From contig JBEKBM010000007.1 in assembly GCA_050015395.1 (NCBI GenBank), forward strand, positions 33,796-97,795: a DNA stretch of 64,000 bases, in the 5' to 3' direction. Numbering within the stretch: position 1 is the first letter of the stretch; each line of letters starts with the position of its first letter. The translations under genes and the position numbers were made by a program. Shown here piece by piece: positions 48,793-59,102 of the stretch. Origin of the DNA: Candidatus Bathyarchaeia archaeon (GTDB lineage: Archaea > Thermoproteota > Bathyarchaeia > Bathyarchaeales > Bathycorpusculaceae). The notes beneath the pieces are model-generated. The model was given only the letters and a program-made list of their open reading frames with translations, made no database searches and was not told the origin of the DNA.

Positions 48793-50687
48793 AATTTCCT
48801 GGTTGCATTTGAATTTTAGCTAGGCTGAGTTAGCTGCAATTTCATAAAGTTTTAGTTGTTAAGCTTTCAAACGGCTGCTGAGAGTTGAGGAGCTTGGCCT
48901 TTAAGTTGGCTCTTTGCTAATTGTTTCGTCTAACTTTCAGCTTTCTTGTGGCTGGTTGGCAATTGTGATGGTGAGCTAAATACACGCAATATCACACTTG
49001 CACGAAAACAAAGGCTGAAAAAGGCGTTTTAAACAACAATAAATCATTCACTTTGCACCTCGTGAAGAACAGGGCAACAGCAACCAGCAAAACACTGTTC
49101 ACCTAAATTAGCCACTTAACGGGTACCCACAGGCATACCGCTTGGCACTTTACGCTAACCTGACTAAAGTTAGTAGCATTAACTTTATTACAAATATTCT
49201 GCTTTTGAAAATTTGGGGAGCAACCGTTCCGGCAAACAAGCCGGGTAGGTCTTTGCTAAGCAATCAAATTAGAAAAACTTAATTCAGGTGCTCATAAACT
49301 CAAAGTGCATTAAAAAGTGACCTACCTGTCGCTTACCTACCGAGCACCCAAACATAACCTTGTGAGCCATTACTAATAAGGTTAATCTATATTTTAGAGT
49401 TACAGTATTCTCAGGGCAACGGTTGTGGCTATTGAGTCTGACTGCAGGTAAACAAGCTAACTGTGTTGAGCCAGCTTCTAACGCCTGTAGTCCTGTCACA
49501 GAGAGGCGGAAAGTAGTCGAGACAATTCAGCCAAACAAGCTTTGAGTATAGCTGAGGGTTAATTGCAAATTTACTCTGCTGCCAAGTTGTGTGTGAACTG
49601 CTGCTTTTTTGGAAAAATAATAAATTTACAGAATTTTTTTGCACCTGTTCTAGCACTAAAAAAACGGTTTACCGTTTAACTCCTTTCAGCAAAATAACTG
49701 ATATTAAAGCTTATTTTACCATAAGTTGAATGTGCAGTAGTTGTTTTTGTTCGAAACGGTAAAGCTAGAAAATCAGCCAATTTTTTTCTATGGAAGCGAT
49801 AATTTAAAAGCCTGATTCAGGGCTAAAATGTCAAAAAAGCCTTAATTCAGCCGTTTCGTCGGTTGCCTTAGTGCCCTGGCATGGAGAATATCGTGGCCTC
49901 ATATAAGTACCCCCGAAAATCTCCATACGAAGCTAACGCCTGTTTTTTCGGTTCACCTTCGAGCATTTTGCAGTTTTTGCCAAGACCTGTGAAAACTTTG
50001 CTGATTTAGCACAAAAAGTTTAGAATTGAAATTTTTTGTAATCAAGCTTTTAGTTTTGCAATTTGCAGGTCTGCTCAGCGGGTTATGTCTGGGTGATGTA
50101 ACTCGGTGCCAGAGTTCGTCGATGGGTCAGTGGCTATCTTTTTACAACTAAATCACTCAACAAAAAGTATACCCCCTCCCCTCGGTAGTTTTACTAATCT
50201 GAAATTCAGTGGGCAGATGAGTTCGCCTCTGGCTGTTTCTGATGCCATATGTGAGTGTCTGCTACTGGTGAGAGGTGGCTACTTCTGCGTGATATTATAA
50301 GAGGGGTTGTTTGGTTGATGCTTCTGTATACGGCTGTGGTTGCTGAAGCGGTTTTTTGCGTCTTCACTGAACTTTGTGTGGATGAAATTTTGTCTCTAAG
50401 AGGCTTTGTTTTTGGGTCTTTTGGGTTCGGCGCTTGCTTTTGTAGTGGTTAATGTAGTCTAATCAGGCAAGATTTTTGGTGTGTGAATGAAAGCTTTTAC
50501 GTTGTCAGTAACTTTGGTGAAGTTGGTATTACAATGAATTTTCAACGTCACCAGCCTTCTCCGGAAGCACCAGCCCACTGCATTGTATACAAAAGCATCA
50601 ACACAACACTGTTTTCTCAGTGTTTCTGGGCAACAATTTTTATCTCCAACGCCTGATAAAGTAGCAAACATTAAGGGGAGAAAACCG

Positions 50688-51122
50688 TTGAGCACAGAAA
50701 TAGACAGAGTAAGGCTTCGCCGTTGGCGCAAAAGAGGCTTCTACAGCGAAACAGTACTGGTTAAGCTCCTGCAGAAGAAAGGCTACAACGCCGTCCGAGT
50801 TCCAGTAAGCAACCCAAGCCTCAATCCCCTGCCAGATATCATGGCACGAAAAGGCGCGCACAGTTACGCTTTTGAAGTAAAAAACGCCAGCTACTACGCC
50901 TATTTCCCTAAAAAGCAAATCGATAAACTCTTCAGGTTTCTCGACCTCTTCATCCCCGCCGATAACGGGCATAAGCACGCCGTCGTTGCAGCACATCTGG
51001 GCAAACGCTGGCTTTTCAAAGAAGTCAGCTGGACCGATTGGGAGAAAAATAAGCTTCCAGAAAAAGTTAGAATCCTCAAGCGGGACAGGGGAAATCTAAA
51101 CTTGGACACAACTTATAGTTAA
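50688..51122 (+). CDS. Hjc-like Holliday junction resolvase family PD-(D/E)xK nuclease
   Basis: G...E..LVKLL...GY.AVR.P.S...PDIMA...FEVK; likely TTG at 50688 after GGGGAG. Confidence 0.75.
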   Translation: MSTEIDRVRLRRWRKRGFYSETVLVKLLQKKGYNAVRVPVSNPSLNPLPDIMARKGAHSYAFEVKNASYYAYFPKKQIDKLFRFLDLFIPADNGHKHAVVAAHLGKRWLFKEVSWTDWEKNKLPEKVRILKRDRGNLNLDTTYS

Positions 51123-51198
51123 AAATGTAAGGAAATGTACCTCAACATATATTATCTATAATAGTTAACATCTTTTTTCACAATAAGAGGAAGCGTCT

Positions 51199-51891
51199 GT
51201 GCCGAAAGAAGAAGGCGCCATGGTATATGCGGAAGCCTTAGGAAAAACCTACCAAATAGGCAAGGCTAAAATTGAAGTGTTAAAGGACATAACTTTTTCA
51301 ATTCCTAAAGCGAAATTTGTTGTAGTAAGCGGTCCTTCGGGCTCAGGCAAAACAACGCTGCTTAACATAATTGCCGGAATTGATAGGCCGACAAGTGGGA
51401 AAATTTTTGTTCAAGGAGAAGATTTGACGGCTCAAAATGAAGATTTCTTGTCAGATTTTCGATGCAACAATGTGGGCTTTGTTTTTCAAGCTTATAATTT
51501 GGTTTCTACTTTAACGGTGGCTGAGAATGTTGCTTTTCCAATGGAGTGGAGTAGAAAGCTTGATGAAGAAATAGAAAAACGAATAACTGAATTGCTGGAA
51601 ACTGTGGGGTTGCAGGATCGGGCGAATCATTTTCCATCTCAACTTAGCGGTGGTGAGCAGCAACGTGTAGCTTTTGCCAGGGCATTAGCGAATGACCCGC
51701 AGCTTTTTCTTGCGGATGAGCCGACAGGCAATTTAGATGAAAAAAATGCTCAGAAAATCGTTCAAGTGCTTCAGCTGTTGAAGGAAAGGGGAAAAACGGT
51801 TATTGTTTCAACCCATGACCTCCAAATAAGGCAGTTAGCGGATCAAGTTTTAAGCCTTGAAGCCGGCAAATTGGCGAGCAAAAATGAGTAA
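51199..51891 (+). CDS. LolD-type ABC ATPase
   Basis: [25 protein letters not shown]. Confidence 0.92.
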   Translation: MPKEEGAMVYAEALGKTYQIGKAKIEVLKDITFSIPKAKFVVVSGPSGSGKTTLLNIIAGIDRPTSGKIFVQGEDLTAQNEDFLSDFRCNNVGFVFQAYNLVSTLTVAENVAFPMEWSRKLDEEIEKRITELLETVGLQDRANHFPSQLSGGEQQRVAFARALANDPQLFLADEPTGNLDEKNAQKIVQVLQLLKERGKTVIVSTHDLQIRQLADQVLSLEAGKLASKNE

Positions 51892-53758
51892 AGCAGCTTT
51901 TCCAATTAATGATTTGCTCAGAAGGAAGCTTCAGACAACCTTAACCATCGCCACTTTAACGTTAAGCGTTGCCTCTACACTGTTTCTTTTGCTATATGGC
52001 AGTCGTTTAGGCTTTAACTTAACCTCAGCCACTGGCACGTTAACTGAAGGCTTAACCACCACCCTTACTCAGTTCTTACTTTTCATCGGCATATTGATTT
52101 TTGCCGTAGGAGCAGTATTAACCTCCTTCATCGCTTTCTTAATGATGGCTCAACGAACACGCGATTTCGGCCTGATGAAGGCAGCCGGATGCCCAAATAA
52201 CCTTGTTGCAGGATACTTCATGACAGAACTTTTAACAACGACCCTTGCAGGATGCGTTTTAGGCATAATTCTTGGCTTTTTAATGGATTATGTCGCTGCT
52301 AATATCGTTTTTTCTACTTATCAGCTGCCCAATTTATGGTTTGCACCCTTGGTTTTCGGCGTATTTTTTGTTCTTTCACTAATTTTCGGGGCTCTACCCC
52401 TCCTTAAAGCATCTAGAATGTCACCAGTAAAGGCGCTTTCACCCGTAAACTATTACAGTTTAACCGCAGCAAACAAGCATAAACCGCTATCACGGTATGG
52501 TATAACTTGGAGAATCTCTACCAGAAGCTTGTATCGACGGCAATCAGCAAATCTCAGAATCATCGTATTGCTCTCAATAGTTTTCATTCTTCTAACGGTT
52601 TCTGTTGCGGGCGGAATTATTGCCAGCGGCACCACTATATCATGGGTTCAACAAACTACTAATAAAAACACAATTGCAGTAGCAACTAACAGCATGGGTA
52701 ACCAGTATGAACTGCTTTTATCAAAGTTTTCTGGAGCCTCAGAAACAGGCGTTTTTAACTATTCTGACCCAACACTGGCTATTCCAAAGGTAGTCATTGA
52801 GCAGCTTAGCACTCTGCCAAGTGTGAATGTGATAGATTCACGTTTAGTTTTAAATGAGCAGGTTCAAGAAATTGACAATTTCACCATTGACCCTGACACC
52901 ATGGTAACCTCGACTGTGGGCGGCAATAGAGAAGGAAATGCAATAGTAATCGGCGTTAATCCTGAAAATCTTACTGGCACATGGAATGTTGAGGGCCGAT
53001 TTTTAAATGCAAATGACGATTTTGAGGCTGTTATCGGCGATTCAATTGCTCAATCAATGTACACGCCTGACCCAAGCAAGCAAATAACATTATCCAATCC
53101 TCTGGTTGAAGGCATAGCTTTTCAAAATAACACCTTCAACATAATCGGAGTTTGCATAGATCCAATAAATAATGGTTTAGTAACCTACGTGCCTATTGAG
53201 AGACTGGAAAATATTACTGGTCTCTTTAACCCTAACCTACTATTAGTTACGCTAAGCAACTCAACGGATCAGTCTGTAGCTATTGCGCAAATCAAGACAT
53301 TAATTCAATCGATAGATCCGAACTTGAATGTTTTTCCGTTAAATGGCGTTGTTGAAAAGAACACGAATTTTTTAGCTTCAACTTGGCAGACGATAATGCT
53401 TCTTCCGCTTTTTATTTTAGCATCTGCTGCTCTTTGTCTAGTAGGTTACATGATGCTTGCGGTGGATGAGCAACATCAAGAATTCGCTGTTTTACGGGCT
53501 GTTGGCACTAAACCAAGAATTGTTATCTTTGTTTTGGCAATCCAAAGCTTAATTGTGCTGATTTCAAGCTTTGCGGTCGGAATATCGCTTGGTACTATTA
53601 TAACTCTGCTTATTTTGATGCCTCAGCCGCTAGTTACAAGCATTACAATCTTAGAGATAACAGGTTGGCTTCTTGCAGCTTTAGCTGGAATGTTCCTTTT
53701 TAGCCTTTACCCAGCCTTCAGGCTAGCTAAAACTTCAATTTTAAAAATTATGACTTAA
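51884..53758 (+). CDS. FtsX-like ABC permease
   Basis: QRTRDFGLMKAAG and EFAVLRAVG repeats. Confidence 0.88.
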   Translation: MSKAAFPINDLLRRKLQTTLTIATLTLSVASTLFLLLYGSRLGFNLTSATGTLTEGLTTTLTQFLLFIGILIFAVGAVLTSFIAFLMMAQRTRDFGLMKAAGCPNNLVAGYFMTELLTTTLAGCVLGIILGFLMDYVAANIVFSTYQLPNLWFAPLVFGVFFVLSLIFGALPLLKASRMSPVKALSPVNYYSLTAANKHKPLSRYGITWRISTRSLYRRQSANLRIIVLLSIVFILLTVSVAGGIIASGTTISWVQQTTNKNTIAVATNSMGNQYELLLSKFSGASETGVFNYSDPTLAIPKVVIEQLSTLPSVNVIDSRLVLNEQVQEIDNFTIDPDTMVTSTVGGNREGNAIVIGVNPENLTGTWNVEGRFLNANDDFEAVIGDSIAQSMYTPDPSKQITLSNPLVEGIAFQNNTFNIIGVCIDPINNGLVTYVPIERLENITGLFNPNLLLVTLSNSTDQSVAIAQIKTLIQSIDPNLNVFPLNGVVEKNTNFLASTWQTIMLLPLFILASAALCLVGYMMLAVDEQHQEFAVLRAVGTKPRIVIFVLAIQSLIVLISSFAVGISLGTIITLLILMPQPLVTSITILEITGWLLAALAGMFLFSLYPAFRLAKTSILKIMT

Positions 53759-54448
53759 AGAGTTGAAAGTTTTCGGAAAAAACTTGATTGATTCGGTGTA
53801 GGCTGGCAGTTGGTTTAGGAAATCTTGCAGTTGAAGTATGGGTACGATGGGGACCTCATAATAAAACTTGAATGAGCTGGGTATGAGGGATAATATGGAT
53901 GGAATAAACTTTGCCTCACTCCACTTTGTGCATTCAAGTTTTAGGGCGATGTTTGGCAACGAATCCGCTAATGCTCTTGTACGTTCCACCTGTGAATCCA
54001 CGATTCTCTTCAAAACCGAAGGTGCAATTGCATGTTGCCAATGTTTGCAATCTATGCAGACGACTAAGGGTTTCTTGCAGCCGACTACGTCTATTTCCCA
54101 TTTGCGAACTGCATTTTTAAATCGAACGTTATTTGACACCGCGTAGCCGTTGTTTTTCAATGCAAAAGCAGTAATTTCTTCAAACTCTTGCCAACAAAGC
54201 AAGTTGCTGATGTGCTCTACGTCTGCTCCTAAGGATGCTGCTTTAACTGCTAGTTTGAGCCTGCTGTTGTTTTCTACTTCGACGCTGTCCTGTTTTAAAT
54301 AAATGAGACCTTCGTTTTGCAGTTTTTTCAGCAATTTTCTTGCAGTTGCTGATGGTATGCGAGCATCTCTATTGACACTTTCAGTTAAAACAGGCCCTTT
54401 TTTCGTCAATTTCAGAAGAGAAATTACCAGATTACGCTCAACGCTCAT
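53741..54448 (-). CDS. Mrr-like restriction-endonuclease-fold protein with N-terminal wHTH
   Basis: WQEFEE...GY...EIDVV...IDCKHW. Confidence 0.75.
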   Translation of the reverse strand: MSVERNLVISLLKLTKKGPVLTESVNRDARIPSATARKLLKKLQNEGLIYLKQDSVEVENNSRLKLAVKAASLGADVEHISNLLCWQEFEEITAFALKNNGYAVSNNVRFKNAVRKWEIDVVGCKKPLVVCIDCKHWQHAIAPSVLKRIVDSQVERTRALADSLPNIALKLECTKWSEAKFIPSILSLIPSSFKFYYEVPIVPILQLQDFLNQLPAYTESIKFFPKTFNSLSHNF

Positions 54449-55263
54449 GGCTAACCCCTAAGTAGATTGACATAAAAGAAGCAAGAAATAGCAAATTGCA
54501 TCAAAACTGAAGAAAAATTCAGCGCATGCATCCTAAAACAGTATACGAAAGCATCAACCAAACACACTTTTTAAAGCCCTCTCAGATAATTTAGCTTCAT
54601 CCAAGACAATTCATCGCACCTTGTTACTATGCCCTAATCTATTATCCATTGCTGAAACGTTATTTCAGACCTTACTGAAATACCCTTCTTTCTTTTCGCA
54701 AAAAGCAAAAACAACAAGCCTTCGCCACCCGAAGCCCTCAAAAGCAAAAAAGTGCATGGATAATTTATCAGGCTTGTGTAAATTTGACGAGAGCTTCGAT
54801 GATTTTTTTAACTTTTACATGTAAAAAATCACCATTCGATTGGTTTTCGCTCATAAAAAAGTACCCACAGCAACAACTTTGCGCAAATAGGTCGATTAAA
54901 AAACCTGAGAATAAGCTACTAACCGTAAAAACGCTTGAATTAACAGTATAAGAGGCGAATTTTAAGTGCTACCTCGCTTATTTCAAGCTTTTATAGGTCT
55001 CCTGTCATGCTTTAAAAGCTGATTTTAGCTGTCGATGCCTTTTTTAACTCAATTTGATTTTGCATGCGGTATGTATATTTAAGGTTCGCTGATTTTCGAG
55101 AAATTTTAGGCGCTTAAGGCGTTAAGCTTGAGGCAAGCAATGCTTTAAAGTGGTTTCGTTGATGCTTTTGTATACAACACAGATATTCAACCGTAAGAAC
55201 TGACAGTTTAGCCTGTAAAGGAGAGGCGGCTAAAATAGAAAGGAACAGTTGAGAAAAAATATT

Positions 55264-55464
55264 TTATTTCTCTTTCTCTTTGATTTCGCATTGAAGTTTT
55301 TTTATGATTTCGTCGGCTCTTAAAGGCTCAATTTTCAGCGTGTAAAGTTGGCGGGGTGTGCGAAGTTTAAGTTTAACAGTGCCTTTGAGTCTTTGCACTG
55401 AGCAGTGCTTTGCTTTGGCGCTCATAGCTACAAACTTATCAACATCAGTAATTTCAGATGGCAT
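55264..55464 (-). CDS. rpl38e: 50S ribosomal protein L38e
   Basis: MP.EI.D...F...KLKLRT.R.LYTL signature. Confidence 0.85.
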   Translation of the reverse strand: MPSEITDVDKFVAMSAKAKHCSVQRLKGTVKLKLRTPRQLYTLKIEPLRADEIIKKLQCEIKEKEK

Positions 55465-55665
55465 ACACGTTTCCTCTTACTAGTAGCTTTCATGGATGCA
55501 AGTCGAGTTTTTATTTGTTTTGGTGAAAAATAATTGAACCGTCAAAAGAGGGAAAAAACTCTAAAATTTACTATTCAGAATCAAATATTCTATTTAAAAA
55601 GGTTAAACATACATCTTAAAGAAAAGGGGTTCACGTTTCTTACTGCCAATAGAAAGCATTCTTGC

Positions 55666-55866
55666 TCAAGGCTTTTTTGAACGTATGCCAAGCTTAAGGT
55701 TAACCTCAACAGTGTATTCCTTGTCAACTTTTCCAACTGCAAAGTTCCAATCCTTTACTTCTACTTCCATGTCTTTGAATTGATTAACAATTGCATCCTT
55801 GTAGTCTTGGGCAGTTTGGCCGATTTTCTGTAATTTCTCTGTTATATTAATGGATGTTTCAGGCAC
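55666..55866 (-). CDS. Hypothetical small protein
   Basis: 66 aa with GAGGAGGTG SD. Confidence 0.65.
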   Translation of the reverse strand: MPETSINITEKLQKIGQTAQDYKDAIVNQFKDMEVEVKDWNFAVGKVDKEYTVEVNLKLGIRSKKP

Positions 55867-56202
55867 AAATTACACCTCCTCAAAATATGGTAACTACGCT
55901 AAAGGCATTGACAGTTAACTGCTTTTAAAAATTTGTGATTGTACATGCACAACAGCAAAAATTGCATTATAGTTTGGATTTGTAACTTATTCTTTTTTTT
56001 CAAAGTCAGCCCTAAGAAACTTTTTTGTTTAGAAGTGACTAGGCGCTTTTTGATTTAATGGTATGGATGGATATGTTTTATGCCGAACCATATTGTTGCT
56101 GCAAAGAGGGTTACGAACATTGCTTCAACTATCACTATTATCGAAAAGGTTGTCTGGAGATGTTCGTGCATCTCATAGATCTCGTTTGTGTGCAATCAGG
56201 AG

Positions 56203-56276
56203 TGGGCCGTACCGGATTTGAACCGGTGATCTTCGCCGCGTGAGGGCGACGTCCTAGCCAGCTAGACTAACGGCCC
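56203..56276 (-). tRNA. tRNA-Val(CAC), CCA not encoded
   Basis: Anticodon arm TCGCC-CTCACGC-GGCGA; GGTTCAAATCC T-arm. Confidence 0.95.
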
Positions 56277-56521
56277 GTTGGGTGCTGTGGATTGAAACTA
56301 CGTATTTTCCCTTCATAAAACCTTTCCCCTCACAAAGATAAACCGTAAGGAGGTGCATAAAATTGGGGCTTAGGAAAAAGCTTAATTTCGAATTGTCGCC
56401 TGATCAAGAAGGATTCCTGATGTTACTGTGCTTTTTAGGTTGCGGCTTAATAGGCTACTTCTTAACCCACTTCACGGGTTTCCTGCATTAATTAATTACC
56501 AAACTAGAGAACATATTCAAA

Positions 56522-56617
56522 TTCAGAAACCTTTAAAGCATTTCACTTCATTCTTGGATGTGGTCACTCCCAGCACACGGTGCCAAGGTAGCTCAGCCTG
56601 GGAGAGCATTTGACCTA
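56522..56617 (+). pseudogene. Decayed copy of tRNA-Phe promoter, leader and 5' exon (copy 1)
   Basis: TTCAGAAACCTTTAAA...TGGTCACTCCCAGCACACGGTGCCAAGGTAGCTCAGCCTGGGAGAGCATTTGACCTA versus 58610-58705. Confidence 0.88.
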
Positions 56618-56692
56618 TTGCTTTTATGCGTCTGGGTCTGAGTCCTGTTTGTAGAGCATATTTCAAATACAGATAACTTCAACTTAGTAGCG

Positions 56693-57307
56693 ATGACAGT
56701 TATCGAAATCGGTCCTGAGCTTTGCGAATTCGTCGGAGCAGTAATCGGAAATGGAAACTTGTGGACGGATGGTTCCCGTTACAGAGTTGAATTAACAGGG
56801 GACCCGGAACTCGATAAATCGTATTTTGAATATCTATCTGAACTTGCTTGCAGTGTCTTCGGGAAGAGCCCATATCCAGCCCGCGTTCACCAGAGAGGAC
56901 TACGATTAAGGCTTCAGTCCAAAAGCGCCTACAGATTCCTAACGGAACTAGGCATTCCTCAGGGGTCTGGAAAATCTCATGAAGTGATAATACCTGACCG
57001 AATCATGAAGGAAAATTGGGAACTGGTCAAATGGACCGTTAGAGGAATCATGGACACAGACGGCACCTTATTTTTCAGCAAAAAAACATACAGCGAGCCA
57101 ATTTATCCGACCATTGAACTGAGAACGTGCAGCAAAAAACTTGCCAATCAGGTGGAGAAGCTCTTATCTCAACAGAATTTCAGAGCACGTCTTAGAGGAA
57201 ACGAGAATGAAGGATTCCATGTTGCGCTCTATGGGACGGCGATGTTAAGAAAATGGGCTGTTGAGATAGGTTTCTCAAATTCCAAGCACGCCAACAAAGT
57301 TAAATAA
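56693..57307 (+). CDS. Free-standing LAGLIDADG homing endonuclease (two motifs)
   Basis: EFVGAVIGNG and VRGIMDTDG. Confidence 0.85.
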   Translation: MTVIEIGPELCEFVGAVIGNGNLWTDGSRYRVELTGDPELDKSYFEYLSELACSVFGKSPYPARVHQRGLRLRLQSKSAYRFLTELGIPQGSGKSHEVIIPDRIMKENWELVKWTVRGIMDTDGTLFFSKKTYSEPIYPTIELRTCSKKLANQVEKLLSQQNFRARLRGNENEGFHVALYGTAMLRKWAVEIGFSNSKHANKVK

Positions 57308-57373
57308 AGAAACTTTTAAGCACATCACCTCTTTTCTGAAATTGGTGGCTCAGGCACAACGCTGAGATAGCTC
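57308..57373 (+). pseudogene. More decayed copy of tRNA-Phe promoter, leader and 5' end (copy 2)
   Basis: AGAAACTTTTAA...TCTGAAATTGGT...GCACA...GCTGAGATAGCTC versus AGAAACCTTTAA...TCTGAATTTGGT...GCACA...GCCGAGGTAGCTC. Confidence 0.65.
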
Positions 57374-57621
57374 GCGTGAATCGCAGTTGGCAATTCTTTT
57401 CCACAAAATTCCGTTTCATGCCTAGTATTTATTAGACTCAGTCATAATCCGACCTATTATAGAATGATTGATTGCGGTTAGAAAAACATCTAATGCGGCC
57501 TATTTGCGAAATTTGAATATTCGGCTTAACGTGGAGTGGCATGAGATTAGAAGCTTGCAGAAATTTGGACTTTTATGATATTATAGATAACGATTTAAAG
57601 AGTACACTATAATCGTAGCTT

Positions 57622-58494
57622 ATGAAAGGCAGGCCAAATATTCCCAAAAAAATTGCAGACCAACTTTTGGTTGAATCTAGGCACACATGTAACGTGTGCA
57701 AAAGAGCTGTTGCATCTATACATCATATTGAGAAAATTAACTCAGCGGAGGGAAATTCTCCATCTAATCTAGTAGTTCTTTGTCCGGAATGTCACAGACG
57801 GGCAGAATTTCCAAATCATTTTGAACGTAAAATAACGACTTCTCAACTCAGAAAATATAAAAAAGATTGGACAGAATTTTGCAAGGCTTTTCCAACAATT
57901 GCTTTCGAAAAGCCTGTTATAGCTTACTGTTTCTTAAACGAGCCTAGAATTAACATGATATTTAATCAACTGGCCAATCCTGTAGACAATTCAAAAGTAA
58001 TGGAGCTGAAACGAGAAACTATCGAGGCAAACGTGCCCTCATTGTTTAGGAGAATGCCATTAGAAAGGATGATGCAAATTGTGATCAACAATTTGAATTT
58101 CATTAATCTGGAAACAATAGAAAGGAAAAAAACATTACGCTATTTGGAAAAATTAGAAGGCTTCCCAGTATGTGGGACTAGAGATTTTTATTCAAACGGG
58201 CTCAAGCCCCCACAGTTTTATCAAAAGCATGGAATCACAGATATGCCGTACATTTATAACAAGCGAAAAATCGGGAATAAGATAATCAAAACAAAGGTGA
58301 CATATGATCCAAAATATGTAATTTCAATGACAGCATATGTCGAATTATCTGGGCATCATCGATTATCATTCTACGGCATCGTGAAAAGAGTTAAAAGCGA
58401 TGGAGACACGATAACACTTGAAATCCTGCCACTTGCGATAGGCTTAAGACAGCCAATAGATCCGATAAGCACACATTTTAGACTTTTCTATTAG
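57622..58494 (+). CDS. HNH endonuclease domain protein with uncharacterised C-terminal domain
   Basis: CNVC...IHHI...N...NLVVLCPECH. Confidence 0.85.
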   Translation: MKGRPNIPKKIADQLLVESRHTCNVCKRAVASIHHIEKINSAEGNSPSNLVVLCPECHRRAEFPNHFERKITTSQLRKYKKDWTEFCKAFPTIAFEKPVIAYCFLNEPRINMIFNQLANPVDNSKVMELKRETIEANVPSLFRRMPLERMMQIVINNLNFINLETIERKKTLRYLEKLEGFPVCGTRDFYSNGLKPPQFYQKHGITDMPYIYNKRKIGNKIIKTKVTYDPKYVISMTAYVELSGHHRLSFYGIVKRVKSDGDTITLEILPLAIGLRQPIDPISTHFRLFY

Positions 58495-58669
58495 CCAATA
58501 GACAAAATTCATTACTTTTTCTATTGCCATCACTGTTGGACGCTTTGATATTCTTAGAAGAATTTAACGTGAAAAATAAATTGAGTAGTCAAACCAAACA
58601 AATGTTCCTTTCAGAAACCTTTAAAACGCTTCATCTCATCTCTGAATTTGGTCACTCCCAGCACACGGT

Positions 58670-58776
58670 GCCGAGGTAGCTCAGCCTGGGAGAGCGCTCG
58701 ACCTAGCTGCTTCTCGTAGTTGGGGGCGAAGCTGAAGACCGAGTCGTCGCAGGTTCAAACCCTGCCCTCGGCACCA
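58670..58776 (+). tRNA. tRNA-Phe(GAA) with a 30-nt BHB intron (58701-58730) at non-canonical position 30/31
   Basis: Removing the intron restores CTCGG-CTGAAGA-CCGAG; BHB central helix CGCT/GGCG with bulges CG|A and AA|G; ACCA end. Confidence 0.92.
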
Positions 58777-59102
58777 TTCAATTATTCTAAAGAACGCTTG
58801 TTTTTGGCTCTTTTTGGTTATTAGGACACAATAATTAGTGTTACCTTTTTGCTTGTTTTCTCATCGACAAGCCCAAAACATCTCCTAAAATAGGGCTTGG
58901 AAAACCTCCCACGTTTAACACTTCTCACATCAATGCTCTACAGTCGCGCTAAACTTTTTGAGTCCTCATGAACTAATTTCATGCGAGTTTATGGTTAGAT
59001 TGTGGAAAATCCTTAAGAAAGGCGATGTAAACGACAAATGCTATGATTAGCAGTTTGCTGCATAATAACCATGTGAGTTGTTTACCAGAGAGCTTGATGT
59101 AA

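Larger units (their letters stand above)
43638..55176. repeat. Cluster of seven ~26-bp motifs TGTATACAAAAGCATCAACNAAACAC
   Basis: 43638-43662(+), 45817-45842(+), 48365-48390(-), 50307-50332(-), 50584-50609(+), 54540-54565(+), 55151-55176(-). Confidence 0.9.

Noticed and set aside
50583-50687. N-terminal extension of the Hjc-like ORF
   Set aside because: It begins inside the 26-bp motif; TTG 50688 with a GGGGAG SD is the better start.
43638-55176. The 26-bp motif as a CRISPR array
   Set aside because: Copies are 0.25-4 kb apart, in both orientations, with no regular spacers and no cas genes.
56582-58776. One giant tRNA intron or split tRNA encoding the nucleases
   Set aside because: The downstream tRNA-Phe already has its own 5' exon and promoter. 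The upstream exon copy has an acceptor-stem mismatch and no convincing BHB partner.
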